DNA of 64,000 bases, from NCBI GenBank assembly GCA_964342475.1, contig CAYFGE010000006.1:92626-156625 (forward strand), written 5' to 3'. Shown here in pieces: positions 51,307 through 59,964 of this stretch (positions within the stretch are counted from its first letter, which is position 1; each line of letters begins with the position of its first letter). Both the position numbers and the translations under genes were made by a program. The notes under the pieces were generated by a model. The model had not been told where the DNA came from. It made no database searches and saw nothing but the letters and a program-made list of their open reading frames with translations. The stretch comes from an uncultured Planctomycetales bacterium. GTDB lineage: Bacteria > Planctomycetota > UBA1135.

Positions 51307-51337
51307 GGGGGAGCCGATCGGGAGAGCCGGCTCCCCC
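51307..51337. terminator. hairpin between convergent hsp20 and thioesterase genes
   Basis: GGGGGAGCCG-N11-CGGCTCCCCC, 10-bp perfect arms. Confidence 0.5.
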
Positions 51338-51347
51338 ACCTCTCTGC

Positions 51348-51749
51348 TCAGGCGCCGTCCGCCGCCTCCTCGTCGCGGATCGGCACCGGGCGGCGGTGCT
51401 CGTCCACCGCCACGTAGGTCACGGTGGCCTCGGTGACCTGGACCTCCACGCTGGGGTCCTGCCGCCGCTGCGCCACGACGTCCACCGCCACGGTCACCGA
51501 GGTGCGCCCGACCTTGACCAGGCGGGTGTAGAAGCTGACCAGGTCGCCGACGAAGACCGGCTCGTGGAACACGATCTGGTCCATCGCCACGGTGACGTAG
51601 GCCCGCCGCGGGTTGAGGTCGTGGGCCTCCACCACCGCCGCGAGGTCGATGTGGCTGAGGATGATGCCGCCGAAGATCGTGCCGTTGGCGTTGGTGTCCT
51701 TCGGCATCAGGATCGTGCGGATGGCCGGCTCGCGACGCGGGGCGCTCAT
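51348..51749 (-). CDS. hotdog-fold acyl-CoA thioesterase (YciA-like)
   Basis: MPKDTNANGTIFGGIILSHIDLAA...VTVAMDQIVFHEPVFVGDLV, typical of the family. Confidence 0.85.
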   Translation of the reverse strand: MSAPRREPAIRTILMPKDTNANGTIFGGIILSHIDLAAVVEAHDLNPRRAYVTVAMDQIVFHEPVFVGDLVSFYTRLVKVGRTSVTVAVDVVAQRRQDPSVEVQVTEATVTYVAVDEHRRPVPIRDEEAADGA

Positions 51750-51755
51750 GGGGGC

Positions 51756-51761
51756 ATTCTG
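51756..51761 (-). promoter_or_regulatory. candidate -10-like box CAGAAT, 6 nt upstream of ATG 51749 (leaderless)
   Basis: The reverse complement reads CAGAATgcccccATG. Confidence 0.35.
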
Positions 51762-51774
51762 CCGCCGCGCCCGT

Positions 51775-51800
51775 TCCGCACACCACCGTGCGGATCCGCA
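51775..51800. promoter_or_regulatory. cluster of TCCGCA/TGCGGA half-sites including the 12-bp palindrome TGCGGATCCGCA; candidate enhancer-binding-protein site
   Basis: TCCGCAC-accacc-GTGCGGATCCGCA, centred ~40 nt upstream of the sigma-54 -24 element at 51834. Confidence 0.35.
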
Positions 51801-51831
51801 ACGGGGCCGGGGGCGGAGGTTCCCGGCCGGC

Positions 51832-51848
51832 TTGGCACGGCAGTTGCC
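51832..51848 (+). promoter_or_regulatory. sigma-54 (-24/-12) promoter with no downstream ORF
   Basis: TTGGCACGGCAGTTGCC is a full match to TGGCACG-N4-TTGC, with GG at 51834-5 and GC at 51846-7. Confidence 0.7.
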
Positions 51849-51858
51849 CCTCTTGCGG

Positions 51859-51966
51859 TGTTCCGAAACTCGAACGGACCCGGGCCGCCGTGGGGGCTAC
51901 CCGGCCCGCTTCGAACCTTGAAGAACAGGGGGTGGCCCGACCGCCAGCGGCGGTCGGGCCTTTTTT
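51859..51966 (+). ncRNA. candidate ~108-nt sigma-54-dependent small RNA
   Basis: Bounded by the sigma-54 promoter (predicted +1 near 51859) and a strong intrinsic terminator. No start codon with RBS or credible ORF lies in between. Internal hairpins: TCCG..CGGA, GGGCCG..CGGCCC, CTTC..GAAG. Confidence 0.5.
51934..51966 (+). terminator. Rho-independent terminator (plus-strand orientation)
   Basis: GGCCCGACCGCC-agc-GGCGGTCGGGCC (12-bp perfect stem) followed by TTTTTT. The U-tract exists only on the plus strand. Confidence 0.85.
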
Positions 51967-52628
51967 CATCCCGCCCAGCCGTCGCCGGCCAGCCAGCCCT
52001 CCAGGCTGCGGGCGGTGAAGGCGCGCACCTCGTGGAGCTGCCCGGGGAAGAAGTGCCCGGCGCCTGGCAGCAGCTGGACGCGGCCGCCGTGCTCCTCAGC
52101 CGGTCCCATGCGGTGCAGGTCGACGAACTCGTCGTGGTCGCCGGCCAGGAAGGCCATCCGCTCGGGCCAGCGCTCGAGCTCGGGCCAGGAGTAGAAGCGG
52201 GTCGGCCAGGCCACCGCCAGGTACCCGGCGGCCCGGCGGCCGAGGCGCGCGGCGAGCTGCAGGCCGACGCGCGAGCCGAAGCTGAAGCCCCAGACGAAGA
52301 CCGGCAGGCCGCCGCCCTGCTCCTCGAGCCAGTCGAAGGCCGCCTCGGCGTCGTCGATCTCGCCGACGCCCTGGTCGTAGCTACCGTCGGAGCGGCCGAC
52401 CCCGCGGAAGTCGATGCGCAGCGCGGCGCAGCCGACCTCGAGCGAGCCGAGCGCGCCGTGGCGCACGACGTTGTTCTGCCGCGTCCCGCCGTGCTGCGGG
52501 TGCGGGTGCAGGTGGAGCACCAGCCCGCGCGCGTTGCCCTCCGGGCGCTCGAAGGTGGCGTCGAGCCGGCCGGCGGGGCCGTCGAGGAAGGGCCGCTCGG
52601 GCGGCGGGGTGTCGAGGTCGCGGGGCAT
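51966..52628 (-). CDS. alpha/beta-fold hydrolase
   Basis: Last 220 aa of the track ORF: HLHPHPQHGG, nucleophile-elbow-like VWGFSFGS, DHDEF, GAGHFF. Start at ATG 52628 (MPRDLD). Confidence 0.75.
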   Translation of the reverse strand: MPRDLDTPPPERPFLDGPAGRLDATFERPEGNARGLVLHLHPHPQHGGTRQNNVVRHGALGSLEVGCAALRIDFRGVGRSDGSYDQGVGEIDDAEAAFDWLEEQGGGLPVFVWGFSFGSRVGLQLAARLGRRAAGYLAVAWPTRFYSWPELERWPERMAFLAGDHDEFVDLHRMGPAEEHGGRVQLLPGAGHFFPGQLHEVRAFTARSLEGWLAGDGWAG

Positions 52629-52682
52629 GGCGGGGCGGCCGGGCTGGAGCGGCGGCCCGGGCGCCGCTAGTTTCGCCTCGCG

Positions 52683-53162
52683 GTGCCCCTCCTCGCCACG
52701 TTGCTGACCGACCTCCCGCTGCCCGACGAGGCGGCCTTCCGCGGCGTCCTGCTCGACTGCAGCCGCACGGCGCTGGCCGGCTCGATCCTGCAGGACGGCA
52801 TGAGCGCCTCGCACGCCTACGGCGAGGCCGAGACCGACCGCGAGCTGCGCGAGGTCCGCGTGGTCTGCCGCAAGGCCAACACGGCCCACCGCGCGGCGCT
52901 GGTCGAGCTCGAGAAGATCGGCTTCCGCCCCGCCACCGCGCTCGAGTTCCACACCGCCGGCGACCACGAGTCCAACGAGGACGCCTGGGCCCTGTGCGAG
53001 GTCTACGCCGAGGAGCTCAAGGGCTGGGTGGTCACCGCCTACATCGACTACGAGACCGCCGCCGAGCGCGCCGGGAGCGAGGAGGGCCTGATCCACGCCC
53101 CGGTCGGCGGCCGCCACAAGGGCGTGCTCATCGCGGCCAGCACCCTGCGCCTGCTGGCCTGA
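52683..53162 (+). CDS. hypothetical protein
   Basis: 159 aa with near-uniform G/C at third positions and a balanced composition, unlike the antisense frame. TAGTTT box lies 9 nt upstream of GTG 52683. Confidence 0.55.
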   Translation: MPLLATLLTDLPLPDEAAFRGVLLDCSRTALAGSILQDGMSASHAYGEAETDRELREVRVVCRKANTAHRAALVELEKIGFRPATALEFHTAGDHESNEDAWALCEVYAEELKGWVVTAYIDYETAAERAGSEEGLIHAPVGGRHKGVLIAASTLRLLA

Positions 53163-53165
53163 GGC

Positions 53166-54227
53166 TCAGCCCGGGAAGGGGCCGCTGAACGCAGCGATGT
53201 CGGGCCACAGCGGCGCCTCGACCACCAGCTGCCTTCCGGTCATCGGGTGCTCGACCTCGAGCTTCCAGGCGTGCAGGGCCTGGCGCTCGAGCACCAGCAG
53301 CGCGCGGTCGGTGTCGGTCAGCTCGTCCTGCACCGCGCGGATGAAGACCTCCTCGCCGCCCTGGTAGAGCTTGTCGCCGAGGATCGGGTGGCCGATCGCG
53401 GCGAGGTGGACCCGCAGCTGGTGCTGGCGGCCCGTCTTCGGCCGCAGCTCGACCAGGGTGCGCCCGGGCAGGCGCCGCGCCACGCGCCACTCGGTCAGCG
53501 AGGGCTGGCCGCCGTCGTCGTGGCGCACGGTCATCTTCAGCCGCACCGTCGAGGTCAGCGCGCGGCCGAGCGGCAGCTCGATCACGCCGGCCTCCTCGGC
53601 CATCTCGCCCTCGACCAGCGCGAGGTAGGTCTTCTGCACCGTGCGGGCCTCGAACTGCCGCCCGATGCGGGTGCGCGAGAGCTGGTCCTTGGCCGCCAGC
53701 ACGATGCCGCTGGTCTCGCGGTCGAGGCGGTGGCACAGCGTCGGCACCTCCTCGGTCGCGCCGTGCACGGCGCGGTGCCGCTCGTGGATCAGGTGGATCA
53801 ACGAGCCGGTCAGGTGGCCCTTCGAGGGGTGGACGCTGATGCCCGGCGGCTTGTTCACCGCCACCACCGAGGCGTCCTCGAAGACCACCTCGAGGCCCGC
53901 GGAGGCCACCACCGGCACCGGCGTGTCGTCCTGCGGCTGCGGCGCCGGCGTGCGCAGCACGACCTCCTGGCCCCAGCGCAGCTTCAGCCCGTGGCGCAGG
54001 CTGCCGACCGGCGCCTGCTGCGGGTCCTTGCCGGGCAGGACCTCGACCCAGCCCTGCTGGATGAAGCGGCGCACGCCCTCGCGCGAGTGCCAGGACACGC
54101 GCGCGGCCAGGAAGCTGTCGAGCCGCTGGCCGTGGTCCGGCTCGCCGACGTCGAAGCGCTGCTCGACGTGGTCGAGGCTCAGGTCGCGCTGGCCGCGACG
54201 CTTCTTGCGGCTGGGTCGGCGGGGCAT
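53166..54227 (-). CDS. RluA-family pseudouridine synthase (RluD/RluC-like) with N-terminal S4 domain
   Basis: HRLDRETSGIVLAAKD catalytic motif, KTYLALVEG, and S4-like RLDSFLAARV. Confidence 0.9.
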   Translation of the reverse strand: MPRRPSRKKRRGQRDLSLDHVEQRFDVGEPDHGQRLDSFLAARVSWHSREGVRRFIQQGWVEVLPGKDPQQAPVGSLRHGLKLRWGQEVVLRTPAPQPQDDTPVPVVASAGLEVVFEDASVVAVNKPPGISVHPSKGHLTGSLIHLIHERHRAVHGATEEVPTLCHRLDRETSGIVLAAKDQLSRTRIGRQFEARTVQKTYLALVEGEMAEEAGVIELPLGRALTSTVRLKMTVRHDDGGQPSLTEWRVARRLPGRTLVELRPKTGRQHQLRVHLAAIGHPILGDKLYQGGEEVFIRAVQDELTDTDRALLVLERQALHAWKLEVEHPMTGRQLVVEAPLWPDIAAFSGPFPG

Positions 54228-54294
54228 GGCTGGGAGAAACGAAGCGGGCCCCGGCGCGGCTGCGCCGAGGCCCGGGCGGAATCCTCGGTCCGGA

Positions 54295-54501
54295 TCAGAA
54301 GCGGGCGTGGCGGCGCATCCGCTCCGCCTTCCGGATCACGCGGATCCGCTCCAGCTTGGCCTTCCGACGGGTGGTCGTCGGCTTCTCGAAGAAGGACTTG
54401 GCCTTGGCGACCTTGAAGATGCCGCTGTAGTTGCACTGACGCTTGAAGCGCCGGATGGCGGCTTCGAGCGACTCGTTCGGACGGACTTGGACTTTCACCA
54501 T
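54295..54501 (-). CDS. rpsU: 30S ribosomal protein S21
   Basis: MVKVQVRPNESLEAAIRRFKRQCNYSGIF...RRKAKLERIRVIRKAERMRR, 68 aa, ATG 54501. Confidence 0.95.
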   Translation of the reverse strand: MVKVQVRPNESLEAAIRRFKRQCNYSGIFKVAKAKSFFEKPTTTRRKAKLERIRVIRKAERMRRHARF

Positions 54502-54661
54502 TCTGTAAGATTTGGATTCCGCGGCCTCCGCCGCCGGATCCCGAAGACCGGGACCGCTCGGCAAAGGGCCGAATAGTCTAGCCCTCGAGCCGGAATCCGT
54601 CCACACCGGGCCCCGACCCGCCCCTTTGCCGCGCCCTCCCGACGCCGAACCCGCCCACGAG

Positions 54662-56809
54662 TTGCTCGAGGGCCAGGTCGCCTGCGTGGTCTACAGCAGC
54701 GAGGAGTCCGGCTTCGCCGTGGTCTCGCTGATCACCGACGAGGGCCCCCGGACCGCCGCCGGCAGCCTGGCGCCGGTCCACGAGGGCGAGATGCTGCGGC
54801 TCCACGGCCGCTGGGACCGGCACCCCAAGTACGGCCGCCAGTTCAAGGCCCAGTGGTCGGAGCACGCCACCCCCACCTCGCGGGTGGGCCTGGAGCGCTA
54901 CCTGGGCAGCGGGGCCTTCCCCGGGATCGGCCCGGACACCGCCGCCAAGCTGGTCGAGCACTTCGGCGAGGGGGTGCTGGACGCCCTGGCCGAGGGCCCG
55001 GCGCGGCTCCAGGAGGTCCGCGGCATCGGCCCCAAGCGGGCCAAGGGGCTGGCGGAGGCCTTCTCCGAGGGCCACGAGCGCCACCGGCTGATGGCCGAGC
55101 TGCGCGGGTTGGGCCTGAACAGCGCCCAGGCGCGCACCCTCTACGAGCGCTTCGGGCCGGGGGCGGTCGAACGGGCCCGCCAGGACCCCTACGCCCTGGT
55201 CGGCGCCCTGCGCGGGGTCGGCTTCGAGACCGCCGAGCGGATGGCCCAGGAGCTCGGCATCCCGCGCGACTCGGTGGTGCGGGGGCGGGGGGTGATCACC
55301 CACCTGCTGCGCCAGGCCGGCAAGGACGGGCACGTCTGCCTGCCGCAGGACGAGGCCTGGGACAAGCTCCAGAGCTTGGGCCTGTCCACCGAGACGGTGG
55401 CCCAGTCGGTCGCCGGGCTGGTCGAGGCCGGCCGCCTGGTCGTCGAGGAGGAGCCCGGAGCCTGGTACCTCTCCGGCCTGTGGCAGGACGAGACCGGGGT
55501 GGCCGAACACCTCGCCCGGCTCACCGGCCAGCGCCTGGCCCCCGCCGCCATGCCCGACCAGGTCGCCGCGGCCATGCGGCGCAGCCCCTTCCCGCCCGAT
55601 CCCAGCCAGCGCCGGGCGATCGAGACCGCCCTGCTCGAGCCCTTCTCGGTGCTCACCGGCGGCCCCGGCACCGGCAAGACGACCACCCTGCGCCTGCTGC
55701 TCGACGTGCTCGAGGCCGCCGGGGTGCAGCCGGTCGCCCTGGCCAGCCCGACCGGGCGCGCCGCCAAGCGCCTGCAGGAGGCCACCGGCCGCGAGGCCGG
55801 CACGATCCACCGCCTGCTCCAGTTCGACCCGGTGGCCAACGAGTTCCGCCGCGACGAGGACGACCCGGTCGACGCCGCCTTCCTGGTCCTCGACGAGGTC
55901 TCGATGATGGACCTCCCGCTGGCCCACGCCGTGCTGCGCGCGGTGCCCGACGGCTGCCGCGTGCTCTTCGTCGGTGACGCCGACCAGCTGCCCTCGGTCG
56001 GCCCCGGCAGCGTGCTGCGCGACCTGGTCGAGGCGCGCTCGGTGCCGACCGTGCGGCTGCAGCAGGTGCACCGCCAAGGCGCGGGCTCGGGGATCACCGA
56101 GGCCGCCCACCGCATCCTGCGCGGCGAGCTGCCGGGCACGGCGACCGGCCCGGGCGGCGACTTCTTCCTCAGCGAGCTCGACGAACCCGAGCGCGCCGCC
56201 GAGATGGTCGAGCGCATCGTCTGCGAGCGCATCCCCGAGCGCTACGGCCTCGACCCGCACCAGGACGTGCTCGTGCTGTCACCGATGTACGCCGGCCCGC
56301 TCGGCGTGGACGCGCTGAACGAGCGCCTCGGCCGCCGCCTCAACCCCGGCGGCACCGGCCTGCCCCTGGCCGGCGAGGAGGAGGACGCCGGCCCGCCGCG
56401 CGGCGCGGCGCGCTTCCGCGTCGGCGACCGCGCGATGGTCGTGCGCAACGACTACGACCGCGAGGTCTTCAACGGCGACACCGGCCGCGTGGTGGAGGTG
56501 GCCGAGAACGCCGTCACGGTCGAGATCGAGGGGCGGCCGCAGACCTACGCCGCCGAGCAGCTCGGCGACCTGATCCCGGCCTGGTGCGTCACCGTGCACC
56601 GCTCGCAGGGGAGCGAGGCCCCGGCGGTGGTCGTCGTCCTCGGGCGCTCGCACCACCTCATGCTGCGCCGCAACCTGCTCTACACGGCGGTCACGCGCGG
56701 CAAGCGCCTGGTCTGTCTGGTCGCCGCCCCGTCGGCGCTGCGCCGCGCCGTCGGCCGCGACGACGAGAACCAGCGCTACGGCCGGCTGCGCGCGCGGATC
56801 GACGCCTGA
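54662..56809 (+). CDS. recD2: RecD2-type SF1 ATP-dependent DNA helicase
   Basis: N-terminal OB-like LEGQVACVVYSSEESGFAVV, Walker A LTGGPGTGKTT, VLDEVSMMD, VGDADQLPSVGPG, VTVHRSQGSE. The start is uncertain (TTG 54662; the track ORF opens at TTG 54512). Confidence 0.9.
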   Translation: MLEGQVACVVYSSEESGFAVVSLITDEGPRTAAGSLAPVHEGEMLRLHGRWDRHPKYGRQFKAQWSEHATPTSRVGLERYLGSGAFPGIGPDTAAKLVEHFGEGVLDALAEGPARLQEVRGIGPKRAKGLAEAFSEGHERHRLMAELRGLGLNSAQARTLYERFGPGAVERARQDPYALVGALRGVGFETAERMAQELGIPRDSVVRGRGVITHLLRQAGKDGHVCLPQDEAWDKLQSLGLSTETVAQSVAGLVEAGRLVVEEEPGAWYLSGLWQDETGVAEHLARLTGQRLAPAAMPDQVAAAMRRSPFPPDPSQRRAIETALLEPFSVLTGGPGTGKTTTLRLLLDVLEAAGVQPVALASPTGRAAKRLQEATGREAGTIHRLLQFDPVANEFRRDEDDPVDAAFLVLDEVSMMDLPLAHAVLRAVPDGCRVLFVGDADQLPSVGPGSVLRDLVEARSVPTVRLQQVHRQGAGSGITEAAHRILRGELPGTATGPGGDFFLSELDEPERAAEMVERIVCERIPERYGLDPHQDVLVLSPMYAGPLGVDALNERLGRRLNPGGTGLPLAGEEEDAGPPRGAARFRVGDRAMVVRNDYDREVFNGDTGRVVEVAENAVTVEIEGRPQTYAAEQLGDLIPAWCVTVHRSQGSEAPAVVVVLGRSHHLMLRRNLLYTAVTRGKRLVCLVAAPSALRRAVGRDDENQRYGRLRARIDA

Positions 56810-56818
56810 GGCCCGGAC

Positions 56819-58873
56819 CTACTCGGGCAGGCCGTAGCGGGTGCGCAGCGGCTGGCCGGCGCGGTAGCTGGTCAGGCGCTCGCGCATCTTGCCGGACAGC
56901 TCGTTCAGCTCGAGCTGCATCGCGCCGAACAGCGCGTCCTGCTGCGTCTGCGCCGCCAGCTGGTACTGCCCCTTCTCCGCCAGCGCGGCGGCGCTCGCGT
57001 CGAGCACGCGCGGGTCGCGCGCGGCCTGGCTGCGGCGCAGCTGGTCGACCCAGTACATCGCCTGGTCGCCGTCGCGCACCGCCGGGTCGGGGTGCGTCGA
57101 GTAGACCCACACCAGCGCGATCGCCGCCCGCACCGCGGTGGCGCCGGCCTGCGTGGCGTAGCGCAGGTCCTCGATCGCCTGCTGCGGCTGGCGCGCGACC
57201 AGGCGCAGCTCGCCCAACATCACCGAGACCTGCGGCACGCGGCCCTCGGCGCCGGGGCCCTGCAGCCGCTCCATGCTCCGCGCGTTCATGCGGTTGGCCG
57301 TCTCGTAGGCCGCGATGGCCTCCTCGACGCGGCGGTTGCGCCGCATCAGGTCGCCGAGGTTGACCCACGGCTTGACGTACTCGGGCGCCACCTCGACCGC
57401 GGTGCGCAGCATCCCCTCGATGCGCGCGTCGAGCTGCGCGGACGGCGGGCGGTGGTGCAGCAGGAGCTGGCCGAGGTTGTTGAGCGCCTGCGCGTGCTTC
57501 GGGCCGGTCTCGACCGCCTTCTCGAGATACTCGATGGCCTGCTCGCGGGCGGCCTCGACCGCGGCGGCGTCGCCGGTCGGCTCGAGCGCGAGCGAGCGCT
57601 CGTAGGCCATCAGGCCGAGGTTGTTCCAGCCGATCGAGGCCTCCGGGTTGCGCTCGACCGTGTCGAGCCACAGCGTCTCGGCGTCCTCGTAGACGAAGCC
57701 CTGGCGGAAGGAGAGCACGCCGAGCAGGACGACCAGGGCCGGCGCGCCGAAGGAGGTCAGCTCGGCGCGCGGCGCCCCGTCGCGGCCGAAGAAGAGCGCC
57801 CGGCCGAGCAGGACGATCAGCGCCGGCGCGGCGTGGTACTGGAAGTGGTCGGCGGTGAAGCTGAACTGGTGCGGGTAGACGTTGAGGAAGCCCAGCGCCG
57901 GGAACAGCACGCCGCCGAAGATGAGCACCGCCGCCAGCGGGCCGCGGCCCCAGGCCTTCGTGCGCAGCGCGAGGACGGCGATCAGCGCCAGCGCGGCGAG
58001 CGGGAACAGCCAGCCCAGGAGCTGGCCGGTGTCCACCTCCCACTGCGGGTAGATGAAGATCAGCTCGGCGGGCCAGGCCAGGGTCCCGGCGTAGCTCCAC
58101 GCGATGCGCCCGGCGATCAGCGCGCGCTGGGCGTAGGTCCAGGCCCAGAACTCGCCCTCGGCGCCGACGTGCTCGACCTCCATCATCGCCGTCTTCCAGC
58201 CGGCGAGGCCGCCGAGCAGGAGCAGCAGGCCGAGGCCGGCCCACACCTGCGGGCGCAGCGGGCGCCCCTTCCACCACAGGAGCAGCAGCGCGACCGCGGG
58301 CGCCGAGGCGACCACCGTCTTGCTGGCCAGCGCGCCCGCGAAGCACAGCGACCCGAGCAGGAAGGCGGTCCAGTCGTCGCGCTCGTCCCACTTCAGCCAC
58401 TGCAGCAGCGCGCCGAGGGCCAGCGCGAGCGACAGCACGTTCTTGCGCTCGGTGACCCAGGCCACCGACTCGACGTTCACCGGGTGCGCCGCCCACAGCG
58501 CGGCGAGCAGCCAGGCGCCGGGCAGGCCGAGCCGCAGCAGCAGGCGCCACAGCAGCACCGCGCTCAGCCCGTGCAGCAGCACGTTGGTCAGGTGGAAGCC
58601 GAAGGGGTTCGGTCCGCCGTCCTCGGCGTCGCCCCACAGGCGCCGCTCGAGCCAGAAGGTGGTGTGGACGAGCGGGTAGTACTGCGGCAGCGCGCTCGGC
58701 TCGCTCCAGATGCGGTCGAGGCCGCCCTCCTCGGTCAGCAGCGGGTTCTCGGTGACGTAGTCGTCGTCGTCCCAGATCCAGCCGTTCGGCAGCGCCGAGC
58801 CGAAGGCGACCAGGACGAGGAGGACCATCCCGAGCGCCTTGGCCCAGGGCGGGAGCGAGCGCAGCGACTCCAT
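56819..58873 (-). CDS. GT-C-fold membrane glycosyltransferase-like protein (PMT/TMTC-like) with C-terminal TPR repeats
   Basis: Start MESLRSL (ATG 58873). WIWDDDDYVTENPLL motif, ~10 TM helices, then TPR units (GWNNLGLMAY, ALNNLGQLLL, WVNLGDLMRR). Confidence 0.75.
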   Translation of the reverse strand: MESLRSLPPWAKALGMVLLVLVAFGSALPNGWIWDDDDYVTENPLLTEEGGLDRIWSEPSALPQYYPLVHTTFWLERRLWGDAEDGGPNPFGFHLTNVLLHGLSAVLLWRLLLRLGLPGAWLLAALWAAHPVNVESVAWVTERKNVLSLALALGALLQWLKWDERDDWTAFLLGSLCFAGALASKTVVASAPAVALLLLWWKGRPLRPQVWAGLGLLLLLGGLAGWKTAMMEVEHVGAEGEFWAWTYAQRALIAGRIAWSYAGTLAWPAELIFIYPQWEVDTGQLLGWLFPLAALALIAVLALRTKAWGRGPLAAVLIFGGVLFPALGFLNVYPHQFSFTADHFQYHAAPALIVLLGRALFFGRDGAPRAELTSFGAPALVVLLGVLSFRQGFVYEDAETLWLDTVERNPEASIGWNNLGLMAYERSLALEPTGDAAAVEAAREQAIEYLEKAVETGPKHAQALNNLGQLLLHHRPPSAQLDARIEGMLRTAVEVAPEYVKPWVNLGDLMRRNRRVEEAIAAYETANRMNARSMERLQGPGAEGRVPQVSVMLGELRLVARQPQQAIEDLRYATQAGATAVRAAIALVWVYSTHPDPAVRDGDQAMYWVDQLRRSQAARDPRVLDASAAALAEKGQYQLAAQTQQDALFGAMQLELNELSGKMRERLTSYRAGQPLRTRYGLPE

Positions 58874-58881
58874 GCCGCAGC

Positions 58882-59346
58882 CTAACCGCGCAGGAAGCGG
58901 ATCGCGCCGTTCGGCAGCAGGTAGAGGATGAGCATCGTGCCGCCCTCGACGGTCGGCACGTGGCGCGAGCCCGGCCCGTAGACCGTCCAGCCCGGCGGGT
59001 TGCCGTCGAAGCGCGGCGCGCCCTCGAGCGCGAAGCAGAGGTCGATCTCGCCCTCGGGGTGCTCGTGCAGCGGGCCGGGGGCCGACATCAGGACGGCGTC
59101 GGCGCTCAGACCGGCGCTCTCCTCGGACTCGCCGAACAGGCGCGAGTACTGCAGCGGCGGCGCGCCGTGGTCGCAGATGCGGCCGGCGGCGGCGGCCTCC
59201 TGCATCGCGGCGCCGAGCTCCTGGACGAAGGGGCCGTCGAAGGGGAACTCGCGCTCGAGCGCGGCGCGCGCGGCGTCCGGGTCGCTCAGGTCGAGGGCGG
59301 CGGCGAAGTCGAGCAGCGGGCGAAGGTGGAGGGGATCCAGCTCCAT
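58882..59346 (-). CDS. small cupin-like protein of unknown function
   Basis: 154 aa. HEHPEGEIDLCF and RHVPTVEGGTMLILYLLP suggest a beta-barrel metal site. Family assignment is uncertain. Confidence 0.5.
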   Translation of the reverse strand: MELDPLHLRPLLDFAAALDLSDPDAARAALEREFPFDGPFVQELGAAMQEAAAAGRICDHGAPPLQYSRLFGESEESAGLSADAVLMSAPGPLHEHPEGEIDLCFALEGAPRFDGNPPGWTVYGPGSRHVPTVEGGTMLILYLLPNGAIRFLRG

Positions 59347-59355
59347 GGGGCGACC

Positions 59356-59361
59356 ATCCTA
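59356..59361 (-). promoter_or_regulatory. candidate -10 box TAGGAT, 9 nt upstream of ATG 59346
   Basis: The reverse complement reads TAGGATggtcgccccATG. Confidence 0.4.
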
Positions 59362-59964
59362 GCCGTCCGCGGGCGGCGCCTCCGGCGCGGGGCCGGGCAG
59401 CCACGCGGCCGGCAGGAGCCAGCCGAGCGCGGTGTGGCGCTCGAGCGCGGCGCGGTGACGCGCGGCCGCTCCTGGCGGGGCCGGCGCGTCGGCGCCGCCG
59501 AGGACCGCGCCCGCGAGGGGCAGGCTCAGCGCCGCCAGCACGACCAGGACGGCGGCGAGGGGCCGGGGCGGCGCGAGGCGCTCGCCGAGCCGCGGCGCGG
59601 CGAGCAGCACCACGCCGGCCAGCGCGGCGGTGGCGGGCATTTCGAGCAGCAGCCGCGGCGCGGCGCCGTGGAACAGGAAGCCGTGCGCCAGCGGCGCGAG
59701 GCCGATCCCCCAGCCGATCCAGAAGGCGGTGGCGTGGCGCGGCGGCTGCGCCGGCAGGCGCAGGCGGGCGAGCAGCACCACGACCGGCCAGGCCAGCGCG
59801 GCGGAGAGCAGGGCCCCGTCGGCGCAGGCGGCGACCTGCGCCGCGCGGAAGGCGCCGCCGGGATCGGGCAGGCCCAGCCAGCCCTGCACGAGAGCGGGCC
59901 CGGCCGCGCCCCCGAGCAGGTGCACGAAGGCGCCGAGCCAGCTGCGCGGGCCGCGGCCGCTCAT
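59359..59964 (-). CDS. integral membrane protein of unknown function
   Basis: Last 201 aa of the track ORF (MSGRGPRSWLGAFVHLLGG...), ~5 hydrophobic helices. ATG 59964 forms an ATGA overlap with the pepP stop. Confidence 0.5.
   Translation of the reverse strand: MSGRGPRSWLGAFVHLLGGAAGPALVQGWLGLPDPGGAFRAAQVAACADGALLSAALAWPVVVLLARLRLPAQPPRHATAFWIGWGIGLAPLAHGFLFHGAAPRLLLEMPATAALAGVVLLAAPRLGERLAPPRPLAAVLVVLAALSLPLAGAVLGGADAPAPPGAAARHRAALERHTALGWLLPAAWLPGPAPEAPPADG

Noticed and set aside
51890-51925. Possible tRNA because of a T-loop-like gcttcgaacc
   Set aside because: No acceptor, D or anticodon stems can be drawn around it, and the flanking sequence fits a promoter-to-terminator small RNA instead.
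51966-53117. Full 383-aa minus-strand ORF as the hydrolase gene
   Set aside because: The N-terminal 163 aa are low-complexity and antisense to a well-behaved plus-strand ORF (52683..53162). The hydrolase domain starts at ATG 52628.
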